From an uncultured delta proteobacterium (GTDB lineage: Bacteria > Myxococcota > Myxococcia > Myxococcales > Myxococcaceae): a DNA stretch of 64,000 nt. The stretch is taken from contig CAVYSY010000040.1 of NCBI GenBank assembly GCA_963771175.1, forward strand, positions 224,001 to 288,000, written 5' to 3'. Both the position numbers and the translations under genes were made by a program. Below the pieces are notes generated by a model. That model did not search any database and was not told the DNA's origin. It saw only the letters and a list, made by a program, of their open reading frames with translations. Below are positions 1 to 9,993 of this stretch, in pieces (within the stretch, counting starts at the first letter, position 1; every line of letters begins with the position of its first letter).

Positions 1-88
1 CATCGCCGAGGACCGCTACGCCACCTTCGCCCGCGACTTCCGGGCGAAGGCCCGCGCCCAGGAGACCGAGCGCACCGGGAAGAAGTAA
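1..88 (+). CDS. tgt: 3' end of queuine tRNA-ribosyltransferase (partial)
   Basis: Frame from nt 2 reads IAEDRYATFARDFRAKARAQETERTGKK*, resembling the Tgt C-terminal helix; lies directly upstream of yajC-secD-secF, the usual position of tgt. Confidence 0.7.
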   Translation, partial: IAEDRYATFARDFRAKARAQETERTGKK

Positions 89-263
89 CCCCCGCAAGGA
101 GGGCGGGCGGGCACGACGCAGGACGGAAAGGCCGGGGCCTCCTCGTCCGTTCACTTGCTCGGGGTGTGTGCCCCCTGCTAAGAGGCCCCCCTTTCCGGTT
201 TGTCCGTTGTCCAGTGGTGGACGGCGGCGTGGACGGAACTCCTTCTCGACGACGAGGCGGTTC

Positions 264-617
264 GTGGCAGACAGCTTCCTGATCCTGGCGCAGGCCGCCG
301 GCGGGACCCAGCGGCATGGTGAACATCCTGTTCATCGTCGCCCTGTTCGCCGATCATGTACTTCGTGATGATCCGGCCCCAGCAGAAGCAGCTCAAGGAG
401 CACCGCGAGCTGCTCGCCGCGCTGAAGAAGGGCGACGAGGTCATCACCCAGGGCGGAATGATCGGCACGATCCACGTGGTGTCGGACGCGAGGTGACCCT
501 CGAGGTCGCCAACGGCGTGCGCATCCGCGTGCTCAAGACGTCCATTGCCGGCAGGTATGCGGCGCGGCCGCCGAGGCCCCGGCCGCGAAGACCGAAGACA
601 AGAAGGAGGAGAAGTAA
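264..617 (+). CDS. yajC: Preprotein translocase subunit YajC (frameshifted in this assembly)
   Basis: Pieces in different frames: IMYFVMIRPQQKQLKEHRELLAALKKGDEVITQGGMIGTI and VTLEVANGVRIRVLK; TAA at 615-617 overlaps the secD ATG (TAATG). Confidence 0.9.
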
Positions 618-2390
618 TGGACCGCAGCTGGTACTGGAGGCTGGGACTGGTCATCGCGCGTGACGCTGCGTGACCGTCTGGTTCCTGATCCCCTACCTAC
701 TACTCGTTCTTCGTGCTCGACCGAAGCGAGCGCAACAACCTGGCGCTGCTGCAGGAGCGGCTGCCCAGGTGGGCCCCCCCCGCGAAGTACCGCCTCAACC
801 TGGGGCTGGACCTGCAGGGCGGCATCCACATGGTGATGCGGGTGGACACCAAGACGGCGCTGCAGAAGCGCACCGAGCGCCGCGGCGATGCAGATCGCCA
901 ACTACGTCAACGACAAGAAGCTCGGCGAGGTCACCGCGGACACGGACCCCGAGGCGCTCGCAGCTCACGCTGACCGCCAAGGACCCGGCCACCATGGACG
1001 CCATCGAGAAGGAGGTGCTCGCGACCTTCAACGACTTCGTCCGGGTGTCGCGCGAGGGGGCGAAGCTGGTGCTCACCCCGGACGAGGGCCAGGTGAACCG
1101 CTTCCGCGAGGAGTCGGTGGACCAGGCGATGCTCGTCATCCGCCGCCGCATCGACAAGTGGGGCGTGGCCGAGGTCGACGTGCGCAAGCTGGGCACCGAC
1201 TCCATCCAGATCTCCCTGCCGGGCCAGCAGGACCCGGAGCAGGCCAAGGAGCTGATCGGCACCACCGCGCAGCTCGAGTTCCGCATGGTGGACGACACCA
1301 CCGACTTCTTCCGGAAGACCTACCTGGAGACGCCGCCGCCGGAGGGCAGCAACATCACCCTGTCCACGTCCGAGGGCTTCCCGCAGCTCGAGGGCCCGAA
1401 CCGCGAGGCGCTGCTGGCCTACGTGAAGGGCAAGACGCCCGCCGACCGCGAGGTGCTGCTCGAGTGCGTCGCCAGCGCGACGAAGAAGGGCGCGTGCGAC
1501 AGCTACCGCACCTACCTGGTGGAGAAGGACGTGCCGCTGACGGGCGAGAGCCTGACGGGCGCGGACGCCTCGCTCAGCCAGCTCAACGAGCCCGAGGTGA
1601 ACATCACCTTCGACGCCGCCGGCGCTCGCGAGTTCGAGGAGCTCACCGAGAAGGGCACGGGCCGGCGCATGGCCATCGTGCTCGACGACAACGTGCAGTC
1701 GGCGCCGCGCATCAACGAGAGGATCGGCGGTGGCCGGGCGCGCATCACCATGGGCCGCTCGGGGGCCGTCCCCTGGAGCAGTGGCTGGCCGAGGCGCAGA
1801 CGCTGGCGCTGGTGCTCAAGGCGGGCGCGCTGCCGGCGCCGGTGACCATCGGCGAGATCCGCCAGGTGGGCGCCTCGCTGGGTGACGAGCTGATCCGCAA
1901 GGGCAGCCTGGCCGCGTCGCTGGGCCTGGCGCTGGTGGTGCTCTTCATGGCCCTCTACTACAAGGTCGCGGGCCTCATCGCCGACGTGGCGCTGGTGCTC
2001 AACGGCCTGCTCATCCTCGCCGGCCTGGCGCTCTTCAACGCCACGCTGACCCTGCCGGGCATCGCCGGCTTCGTGCTCACCCTGGGCATCGCGGTGGACG
2101 CCAACGTGCTCATCAACGAGCGCATCCGCGAGGAGCTCGGCCACGGCAAGACGGCGCGGCGCGCGGTGGACCAGGGCTACGACCGCGCCTTCTGGACCAT
2201 CTTCGACGCCCACGTCACCACGCTCATCGCCGGCTTCATCCTCTTCTTCACGGGCACGGGCCCGGTGCGCGGCTTCGCCACCACGCTGATCATCGGCCTG
2301 ATCGCCTCGCTCTTCACCTCCATCGTCGTGACGCGCGTCATCACGACCTACTTCGTCCACGGCCGCAACGCGCAGACGGTGTCGGTCTAG
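617..2390 (+). CDS. secD: Protein translocase subunit SecD (several frameshifts)
   Basis: LNLGLDLQGGIHMV, IRRRIDKWGVAE, IGTTAQLEFR, LKAGALPAP, TLTLPGIAGFVLTLGIAVDANVLINERIREEL, GTGPVRGFATTL motifs spread over ORFs 713..973, 670..1845, 888..2390. Confidence 0.97.
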
Positions 2391-2410
2391 CTGGCCCCGA
2401 GGGAAAGCAG

Positions 2411-3586
2411 ATGCTGAAGACTCTCAACCAGATCCTCAAGAACAAGACGAACATCGACTTCATCGGCAAGCGCAAGCTCGCCATCTTCATCTCCACGGTG
2501 CTCAACCTGGCGATCCTCGTCGGCATCGCCATCTGGGGCTTCAACTTCGGCGTCGACTTCGCCGGCGGCACGGTGGTCGAGGTGAAGTTCGACAACGGAC
2601 ATCAGCGCGGCGGAGGTGCGCAAGCGCGCCGAGGCGGGCGGGCTGCACGACGTGTCGGTGCAGAGCATCGGCTCGGACGGGCGAGAACTCGTTCCTTCTG
2701 CGGCTGGGCGGCGTCACCCAGCTCACCGAGGAGAGCGCGGCCAAGGCCCAGGACGGCCCTCCAGGCGCTGGGGCCGGCTGAAGAGCATCGACGCCGGACC
2801 TGGCCAACGGCATCATCAACTTCCGCTCCGAGCAGGACGCTGAGCGCCGAGCAGATCGAGCAAGGCGGTGGAGGGCTCCGGCACGGGCGTGGAGGAGGTG
2901 CGCGCGCTGGGCCAGGCGCAGGCCGGCGGCTTCGACTACCAGGTCGTCGCCAGCGGCATGGCGGACCGGATCACGCGCCGCGCTGATGCCAGGGCCAGGA
3001 CAAGCCGGACTTCGAGATGCGCCGCATGGACTACGTCGGCCCGCAGGTCGGCAAGCAGCTGCGCAACCACGGCATCATGGCGCTGCTGTACTCCGATGAT
3101 CGCCATCCTCGTCTACGTGGCGTTCCGGTTCGACTTCAAGTTCGGCCCGGGCGCGCTGCTCGCCATGCTCCACGACGTGATCATGGTGACCGGCTACTAC
3201 CTGGTCAGCCGCGCGCGAGTTCAACCTCACCTCCATCGCGGCGCTGCTCACCATCGTCGGCTACTCGGTCAACGACACCATCGTGATCTACGACCGCATC
3301 CGCGAGGACATGGCCAAGTACAAGGGCAAGCCGCTGCGCGGAGATCATCAACATCGCGGTCAACGACACCCTGTCGCGCACCATCCTCACCTCGGGCGTC
3401 ACGGCGCTCTCGCTGGTCGGCCTGCTCATCTTCGGCGTGGGCGAGATCTGCGACTTCGCCGCGGCGATGCTCGTGGGCATCGTCGTCGGCACGTACTCGA
3501 CCGTGTACATCGCCAGCCCGCTCACCATCTGGCTGGACGAGCGCGCCGCGGCGCGCGAGGCCCGCCAGAAGGGCGGCGAGCGATGA
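2411..3586 (+). CDS. secF: Protein translocase subunit SecF (several frameshifts)
   Basis: [62 protein letters not shown]; ends [19 protein letters not shown] at 3586. Confidence 0.95.
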
Positions 3587-3657
3587 AGCACCGGCCAACG
3601 TGCCGGGATGAAGGCGGCCTGAGCCACTCCGCGGGTGAGGGGATGACCCGCAGCCCG

Positions 3658-3702
3658 CGAAGGCCCTCCGCTCCGCGAACTCGCGGGGACGAGGGCCTTC
3701 GG
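3658..3702. terminator. Hairpin between convergent secF and OMP gene
   Basis: Inverted repeat CGAAGGCCCTC ... GAGGGCCTTCG with an inner CCGCGA/TCGCGG stem. Confidence 0.65.
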
Positions 3703-3722
3703 TTGTTTCAGGGGGCAGCGGC

Positions 3723-4320
3723 TTAGAAGCGGCCACCCACCGTGAGGCTGGCGTCCAGCAGGCCGCCGCTCGCGTCGCCCGGCACCGCCGCGTCCGCGAA
3801 GTCCTCGTCCACGAGGATGCGGTAGGTGCCGCGGATGCCCGCCGTCAGGGCCCCCGTGTTGAACTCGACGCCCGCCGCCAGCGGCACCTCCTCCATGAAG
3901 TCCGACTCGTACGGGCCCGTCGACCTCGCCGTGACGCGTAGACGTAGGAGACGCCCAGCCCCGCGCCCACGAAGGGGCGCACCTTCTCGAGGAAGGGCGG
4001 CGACAGCTTCACCAGGCTCGCTCGCGCCGTGGCGGATGAGCGAGGGCGCCTCGGCGGCCCGGAAGCGGTCGTCCGTCACGTCGTTGCTTGCGAGCCGTCG
4101 TAGCCCACCTCGAAGCCCGAGCATGTTGTAGGGCTGGAGGTTGAGGGTGACGCCCCAGGTGGGCCCCGTCGCGGTCAACCCGCCGAGGTCCCCCGTGTAC
4201 CCGCCGATGCCGCCGCCCAGGAAGACGTTCACATCCCCTTGCTTCTGCTGCGCCATCGCGGTACCGGCGAGCCGCCAGACCGAGCGCGAGTGCCGCCGCT
4301 CGGATGCCCCTGCGCGCCAT
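3723..4320 (-). CDS. Small outer-membrane beta-barrel protein (frameshifted)
   Basis: Signal peptide [17 protein letters not shown], Gly/aromatic alternating strands ([22 protein letters not shown]), C-terminal LTVGGRF. Confidence 0.75.
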
Positions 4321-4542
4321 GCCGACCCCCTTGTCGACTGGTTTGCACTTCAAGCTGCGCATCGCGTCGCAACGCGCGCGACCGGGCGGGCATCCGAGCG
4401 GGGCTCGGTCGCTCGCCTGCTGCACGGTCGACAGGGCGAGCCCCAGGTCGGGCTTCCCTTGGCGGAGACTTACGAGGTAGACTCGGCGTTGATTCTCTGC
4501 CTCGGGAGCCCGTGGGGGGCACGCCGACGAGGGGTTGCGAAC

Positions 4543-6265
4543 GTGCGTTGGCTGATTCCGGAGGTGCCCCAGGAGCAGGCCGCGTCGCTGGCGTCGGAGC
4601 TCGGGCTGCATCCGCTCGCGGCGCGCGTGCTCGTGCACCGCGGCTCGCGCACCCCGGAGGCCGCCTCGGCCTTCCTCTCGGACAAGCTGGCCGACCTGCC
4701 GGACCCGTTCCGGATGAAGGGCATGGTCGCCGCGGTGGAGCGGCTCACCCGCGCCATCCGCGCAGAGGGAGAAGATCACCCTCTACGGCGACTACGACGT
4801 CGACGGGGTGTGCTCCACCTCGCTGCTCTCCCTGTTCCTCCGCGAGCTGGGCGCGCGGCCCGGCCACCTACATCCCCCACCGGCTCGACGAGGGCTACGG
4901 CCTCAACCTCCAGGCGGTGGAGCGCATCGCCGCGGACGGCACCCGGCTGCTGGTGACGCTCGACTGCGGCATCACCTCCGTGGCGGAGATCGCGCGGGCG
5001 CAGGGAGCTGGGCCTGGACGTGGTCGTCGTCGACCACCACACGGTGCCGCCCACGCTGCCCCCGGCCGTGGCGGTGCTCAACCCGCACCAGCCCGGCTGC
5101 GAGTACCCCACCAAGCGCCTGTGCGCCGCCGGCGTGGCCTTCAACCTCTGCATGGGCCTGCGCAAGACGCTGCGCGAGGACGGCTGCTTCGCCACCCGCA
5201 CGCGAGCCCAACCTCAAGGCGCTGATGGACCTGGTGGCGCTGGCCACCGTGGCGGACGTGGTGCCGCTCACCGGCGCCAACCGCATCCTCGTGCACCACG
5301 GCCTCGCAGGAGCTGAGCCGCGGGTCGCCGCCCCGGCGTGCGCGCGCTCAAGGAGGTCGCCGGAGCTCGAGGCCGACAGCCCCGTCACCGCCGGGCAGGT
5401 GGGCTTCCGGCTCGGGCCCCGCATCAACGCCGCCGGCCGGCTCGATGACGCCTCGCTGGGGCTGCAGCTCCTGTGCTCCGAGACGCTGGACGCGGCGCGC
5501 CCGCTGGCGCAGGTGCTGGACCAGGCCAACGCCGAGCGGCAGGGGATCGAGAGCAGCATCCTCGCCGAGGCGCTCGCCCAGGCCGAGGAGCGGGCCGAGC
5601 AGGCGCGCGGCCTCGTGCTCTACGCCGAGGGCTGGCACCCGGGCGTCGTCGGCATCGTCGCCTCGCGCGTGGTGGAGCGCTTCCACCGGCCCACGGTGAT
5701 GGTGGGGGTGCAGGACGGGGTGGGGAAGGGCTCGGCGCGCAGCATCGAGGGCTTCCACCTCTACGACGCGCTCGGCGGCTGCGCCGAGCACCTGCTCGCC
5801 GCTTCGGCGGCCACAAGCACGCCGCCGGCCTCACCGTGGACGCCGAAGCACCTGCCGGCCTTCCGCGAGGCCTTCGAGCGGATTGCCCGTCAGCGGCTCA
5901 CGCCGGAGGACCTGATTCCCCGCTGCAAGGTGGACGCGGTGGTGGGCGTGAGCGAGCTGGACGAGCGCGCGGTGGAGGCGCTGCAGCGGCTCGGGCCCTT
6001 CGGACAGGGCAACCCCGAGCCGGTCCTCGTGCTGCGCCACCAGGTGGCCCGCCCGCGCGTGCTGCCGCACAAGTCCGGGGGCGCCGGCCACCTCAAGCTG
6101 GCCCTGGTGGACGCACCCGCCGTGGACGCCATCGGCTTCGGCATGGCGGACCGGCTGTCCCTCACCGAGGGGCCGGTGGACCTCGCCTTCCAGGCGAGCT
6201 TCGACACCTTCCGCGGCCAGCGGCGGCTGTCCCTCAAGCTCAAGGACCTGCGCGCCGCCGCCTGA
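4543..6265 (+). CDS. recJ: Single-stranded-DNA-specific exonuclease RecJ (frameshifted)
   Basis: YGDYDVDG, YIPHRLDEGYGLN, TLDCG, VVVDHH, ALATVADVVPL, GPRINAAGR, WHPGVVGIVASR, GSARS, FGGHKHAAG, PFGQGNPEP. Confidence 0.97.
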
Positions 6266-6275
6266 GGTCCGCCTC

Positions 6276-6497
6276 TCAGGCGATGCCCCAGCGCACCCGT
6301 CCCGGCGTCAGCAGCGCTCCCGCCTTCGCCAGATCGTTCATCCGGAAGCGCGCGGCCTGACGCTCGAAGGCGTTCCGGCACCGCTCCGAACAGAAGAAGT
6401 ACTTCCGCTTCTTGTACTCCGTGGATGGACGACCGTCGGGCGCCTCCAACTGCTTGCCGCAGATCGGATCCAGGTGTCGCTTCTGAACGTCAGTCAT
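6276..6497 (-). CDS. YHS/TRASH-domain small metal-binding protein
   Basis: DPICGKQL ... YKKRKYFFCSERCRNAF. Confidence 0.85.
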   Translation of the reverse strand: MTDVQKRHLDPICGKQLEAPDGRPSTEYKKRKYFFCSERCRNAFERQAARFRMNDLAKAGALLTPGRVRWGIA

Positions 6498-6738
6498 TGT
6501 CCCGCGCCTCCCCCAACCAGACTCGCCTGGGAGTCCAAAGCAGCGGGCGTGCCAGCGGCCAGCCTCGTGGATTCGAGGGGTTGCGGGCAGCGGTGTGTCG
6601 GGAGAGAGGTGACGCGCGGCCCGCGAAGGGAAAAACTTTCGCGAGCCGCGTGCCGCGCCATTCCAGTTCAGCGCCGCCCTGGACGGGGGAGGGCCCCCGT
6701 CCAGGATGCGCCGCCCTGGCGCGCTCGCCTGTCCAGGC

Positions 6739-9700
6739 TCAGGGCGTCACGGACATGATGGTGCCGGCGCGGGTGTTGTTGTCCTCGAGGAGCTCGGGGC
6801 GGCTGTTGCCCGGGTCGGCGGCGGCGCCCAGGTACCAGGCGCCAGCGGTGGGGACCCACGCGGAGACGCTCTGCGAGAGCGTCTGGCACTGCCCGGGGTT
6901 GAGGTAGCTGGCGTACAGCATGCCCAGGGGCTGGTCCGTGGTGGGGCCCGGCGGGTTTGGCGGGATGATGGTGGCGTCCGAGGACAGGTACAGCTCCACG
7001 TCCGCGGAGTCACCCATGGTGCCCTGGTTGCACACCGTCACGGTCGCGGTGAATTGCTTGCCCATCGCCACACTCGAAGGGCCGACCACCGAGGTGATGA
7101 TGAAGTCCGCCTTGTTGCCCACGCCCATGCGGGTGCCGGCGCGGGTGTTGTTGTCCTCAATCAGCTCGGGGCGGCTGTTGTACGGGTCGGCGGCGGCGCC
7201 CAGGTACCAGGCGCCCTCGGAAGGCACCCACGCGCTGACGTTCTGCGAGAGCGTCTGGCACTGCCCGGGGTTGAGGTAGCTGGCGTACAGCATGCCCAGG
7301 GGCTGGTCCGTGGGGGGGCCCGGCGGAGTGGCCGGGGTGATGGTGGCGTCCGAGGACAGGTACAGCTCCACGTCCACGGAGTCACCCATGGTGCCCTGGT
7401 TGCACACCGTCACCGTGGCGGTGAACTGCTGGCCCGGCGTGACGCTGGCGGGGCCCGTCACCGAGGTGACGATGAAGTCGGCCTTGTTACCCACGCCCAT
7501 GCGGGTGCCGGCCAGGGTGTTGTTGTCCTCAATCAGCTCGGGGCGGTTGTTGTACGGGTCGGCCACGGCACCCAGGTACCAGGCGCCCTCGGAGGGCACC
7601 CACGCGGAGACGCTCTGCGAGAGCGTCTGGCACTGCCCGGGGTTGAGGTAGCTGGCGTACAGCATGCCCAGGGGCTGATCCGTGGGGGGGCCCGGAGGCG
7701 TGGCCGGGGTGATGGTGGTGTCCGAGGACAGGTACAGCTCCACGTCCACGGAGTCGCCCATGGTGCCCTGGTTGCACACCGTCACGGTCGCGGTGAACTG
7801 CTGGCCCGGCGTGACGCTGGCGGGGCCCGTCACCGAGGTGACGATGAAGTCGGCCTTGTTGCCCACGCCCATGCGGGTGCCGGCCAGGGTGTTGTTGTCC
7901 TCAATCAGCTCGGGGCGGTTGTTGTACGGGTCGGCCACGGCACCCAGGTACCAGGCGCCCTCGGAAGGCACCCACGCGGAGACATTCTGCGAGAGCGTCT
8001 GGCACTGCCCGGGGTTGAGATAGCTGGCGTACAGCATGCCCAGGGGCTGGTCCGTGGGGGGGCCCGGAGGCGTGGCCGGGGTGATGGTGGTGTCCGAGGA
8101 CAGGTACAGCTCCACGTCCGTGTAGTCGCCCATGGTGCCCTGGTTGCACACCGTCACGGTCGCGGTGAACTGCTGGCCCGACGTGACGCTGGCGGGGCCC
8201 GTCACCGAGGTGACGATGAAGTCGGCCTTGTTGCCCACGCCCATGCGGGTGCCGGCCAGGGTGTTGTTGTCCTCAATCAGCTCGGGGCGGTTGTTGTACG
8301 GGTCGGCGGCGGCGCCCAGGTACCAGGCGCCCTCGGAAGGCACCCACGCGCTGACGTTCTGCGAGAGCGTCTGGCACTGCCCGGGGTTGAGGTAGTTGGT
8401 GGCCAGGAAGCCCAGGGGCTGATCCGTGGGGGGGCCCGGAGGAGTGGCCGGGATGATGGTGGCGTCGGAGGACAGGTACAGCTCCACGTCCGTGTAGTCG
8501 CCCATGGTGCCCTGGTTGCACACCGTCACCGTGGCGGTGAACTGCTGGCCCGGCGTGACGCTGGCGGGCCCCTTCACCGAGGTGACGATGAAGTCGGCCT
8601 TGTTGCCCACGCCCATGCGGGTGCCGGCCAGGGTGTTGTTGTCCTCAATCAGCTCGGGGCGGTTGTTGTACGGGTCGGCCACGGCGCCCAGGTACCAGGC
8701 GCCCTCGGAAGGCACCCACGCGCTGACGCTCTGCGAGAGCGTCTGGCACTGCCCGGGGTTGAGGTAGCTGGCGTACAGCATGCCCAGGGGCTGATCCGTG
8801 GGGGGGCCCGGCGGAGTGGCCGGGGTGATGGTGGCGTCCGAGGACAGGTACAGCTCCACGTCCGCGGAGTCGCCCATGGTGCCCTGGTTGCACACCGTCA
8901 CCGTCGCGGTGAACTGCTGGCCCGGCGTGACGCTGGCGGGCCCCTTCACCGAGGTGACGATGAAGTCGGCCTTGTTGCCCACACCCATGCGGGTGCCGGC
9001 CAGGGTGTTGTTGTCCTCAATCAACTCGGGGCGGTTGTTGTACGGGTCGGCCACGGCGCCCAGGTACCAGGCGCCCTCGGAAGGCGGCCATGCGGAGGCG
9101 CTCTTCGAGAGCGTCTGGCACTGCCCGGGGTTGAGGTAGTTGGTGGACAGGACGCCCAGGGGCTGATCCGTGGGGGGGCCCGGAGGAGTGGCCGGGGTGA
9201 TGATGGCGTCGGCGGACAGGTACAGCTCCACGTCCGTGTAGTCGCCCATGGTGCCCTGGTTGCACACCGTCACCGTGGCGGTGAACTGCTGGCCCGACGT
9301 GACGCTGGCGGGCCCCTTCACCGAGGTGACGATGAAGTCGGCCTTGTTACCCACGCCCATGCGGGTGCCAGCCAGGGTGTTGTTGTTCTCGATGAGCTCG
9401 GGGCGGTTGTTGTACGGGTCGGCCACGGCACCCAGGTACCAGGCGCCCTCGGAAGGCGGCCACGCGGAGACGCTCTTCGAGAGCGTCTCGCATTGCCCGG
9501 GGCTGAGGTAGTTGGTGGACAGGAAGCCCAGGGGCTGATCCGTGGGGGGGCCCGGCGGAGTGGCCGGGATGATGGTGGCGTCGGAGGACAGGTACAGCTC
9601 CACGTCCACGGAGTCACCCATGGTGCCCTGGTTGCACACCGTCACGGTCGCGGTGAACTGCTGGCCCGGCGTGACGCTGGCGGGCCCCTTCACCGAGGTG

Positions 9701-9843
9701 ATGACGAAGTCCGGACCCGAGCCCGCGGCCTGCTCCGCGCTTCCCAGCGAGGAACTCGCGTCATTCCCAGGTTGCCCACACCCGCCCAGTCCCATCAGCA
9801 TCACGGTGCTTACGATCCCGGTTTTCCAGGCTCTCCAGTTCAT
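6739..9843 (-). CDS. Lipoprotein made of eight tandem CARDB-like (Ig-fold) domains
   Basis: Lipobox LGGC; repeats of DFxVTSVxGP...TVTVCNQG...VELYLS.D...GAWYLGAVADP.N...EL.EDNN, typical of CARDB domains; intact 1038-aa ORF (start taken at MNWRAWK). Confidence 0.9.
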   Translation of the reverse strand: MNWRAWKTGIVSTVMLMGLGGCGQPGNDASSSLGSAEQAAGSGPDFVITSVKGPASVTPGQQFTATVTVCNQGTMGDSVDVELYLSSDATIIPATPPGPPTDQPLGFLSTNYLSPGQCETLSKSVSAWPPSEGAWYLGAVADPYNNRPELIENNNTLAGTRMGVGNKADFIVTSVKGPASVTSGQQFTATVTVCNQGTMGDYTDVELYLSADAIITPATPPGPPTDQPLGVLSTNYLNPGQCQTLSKSASAWPPSEGAWYLGAVADPYNNRPELIEDNNTLAGTRMGVGNKADFIVTSVKGPASVTPGQQFTATVTVCNQGTMGDSADVELYLSSDATITPATPPGPPTDQPLGMLYASYLNPGQCQTLSQSVSAWVPSEGAWYLGAVADPYNNRPELIEDNNTLAGTRMGVGNKADFIVTSVKGPASVTPGQQFTATVTVCNQGTMGDYTDVELYLSSDATIIPATPPGPPTDQPLGFLATNYLNPGQCQTLSQNVSAWVPSEGAWYLGAAADPYNNRPELIEDNNTLAGTRMGVGNKADFIVTSVTGPASVTSGQQFTATVTVCNQGTMGDYTDVELYLSSDTTITPATPPGPPTDQPLGMLYASYLNPGQCQTLSQNVSAWVPSEGAWYLGAVADPYNNRPELIEDNNTLAGTRMGVGNKADFIVTSVTGPASVTPGQQFTATVTVCNQGTMGDSVDVELYLSSDTTITPATPPGPPTDQPLGMLYASYLNPGQCQTLSQSVSAWVPSEGAWYLGAVADPYNNRPELIEDNNTLAGTRMGVGNKADFIVTSVTGPASVTPGQQFTATVTVCNQGTMGDSVDVELYLSSDATITPATPPGPPTDQPLGMLYASYLNPGQCQTLSQNVSAWVPSEGAWYLGAAADPYNSRPELIEDNNTRAGTRMGVGNKADFIITSVVGPSSVAMGKQFTATVTVCNQGTMGDSADVELYLSSDATIIPPNPPGPTTDQPLGMLYASYLNPGQCQTLSQSVSAWVPTAGAWYLGAAADPGNSRPELLEDNNTRAGTIMSVTP
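6742..9714 (-). repeat. Eight intragenic tandem repeats of 372 bp (124 aa)
   Basis: Near-identical blocks recur every 372 nt (shadow ORF ends at 7529, 7901, 8273, 8645, 9017). Confidence 0.97.
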
Positions 9844-9900
9844 GCTCTGTCCCATCCAAGAAAGAAATTTGATGATTGCAGAGAATCACTGTTTTGCTGG

Positions 9901-9965
9901 AAAAACTCAAGCGCTTCCCGCTTGAACGAAAAGCCCCCAGGAGGCGTGCTCCCGAGGGCCCTTCG
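9901..9965 (-). terminator. Two tandem intrinsic-terminator-like hairpins downstream of the M4 protease gene
   Basis: Minus strand: GGCCCTCGGGAG-cacgc-CTCCTGGGGGCT followed by TTT; then TCAAGCG-N5-CGCTTGA (9907-9925) followed by GTTTTT. Confidence 0.6.
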
Positions 9966-9993
9966 GCTCACGTCGACTTCAGTGCGCTCGGGA

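Noticed and set aside
617..6265. Programmed frameshifting or real pseudogenisation of secD, secF and recJ
   Set aside because: Multiple scattered indels without slippery sites in housekeeping genes; assembly error is far more likely
6641..6655. Sigma-54-like CGGCACG-N4-TCGC on the minus strand upstream of the YHS gene
   Set aside because: Two mismatches to consensus in very GC-rich DNA; not distinguishable from chance
6742..9714. Repeat array as a CRISPR array or diversity-generating retroelement template
   Set aside because: Units are contiguous in-frame 372-bp protein domains without spacers; no cas or reverse transcriptase gene is present
9873..9888. TGATT-N6-AATCA palindrome upstream of the CARDB gene
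   Set aside because: Only 5-bp half-sites and a single occurrence; too weak to call an operator
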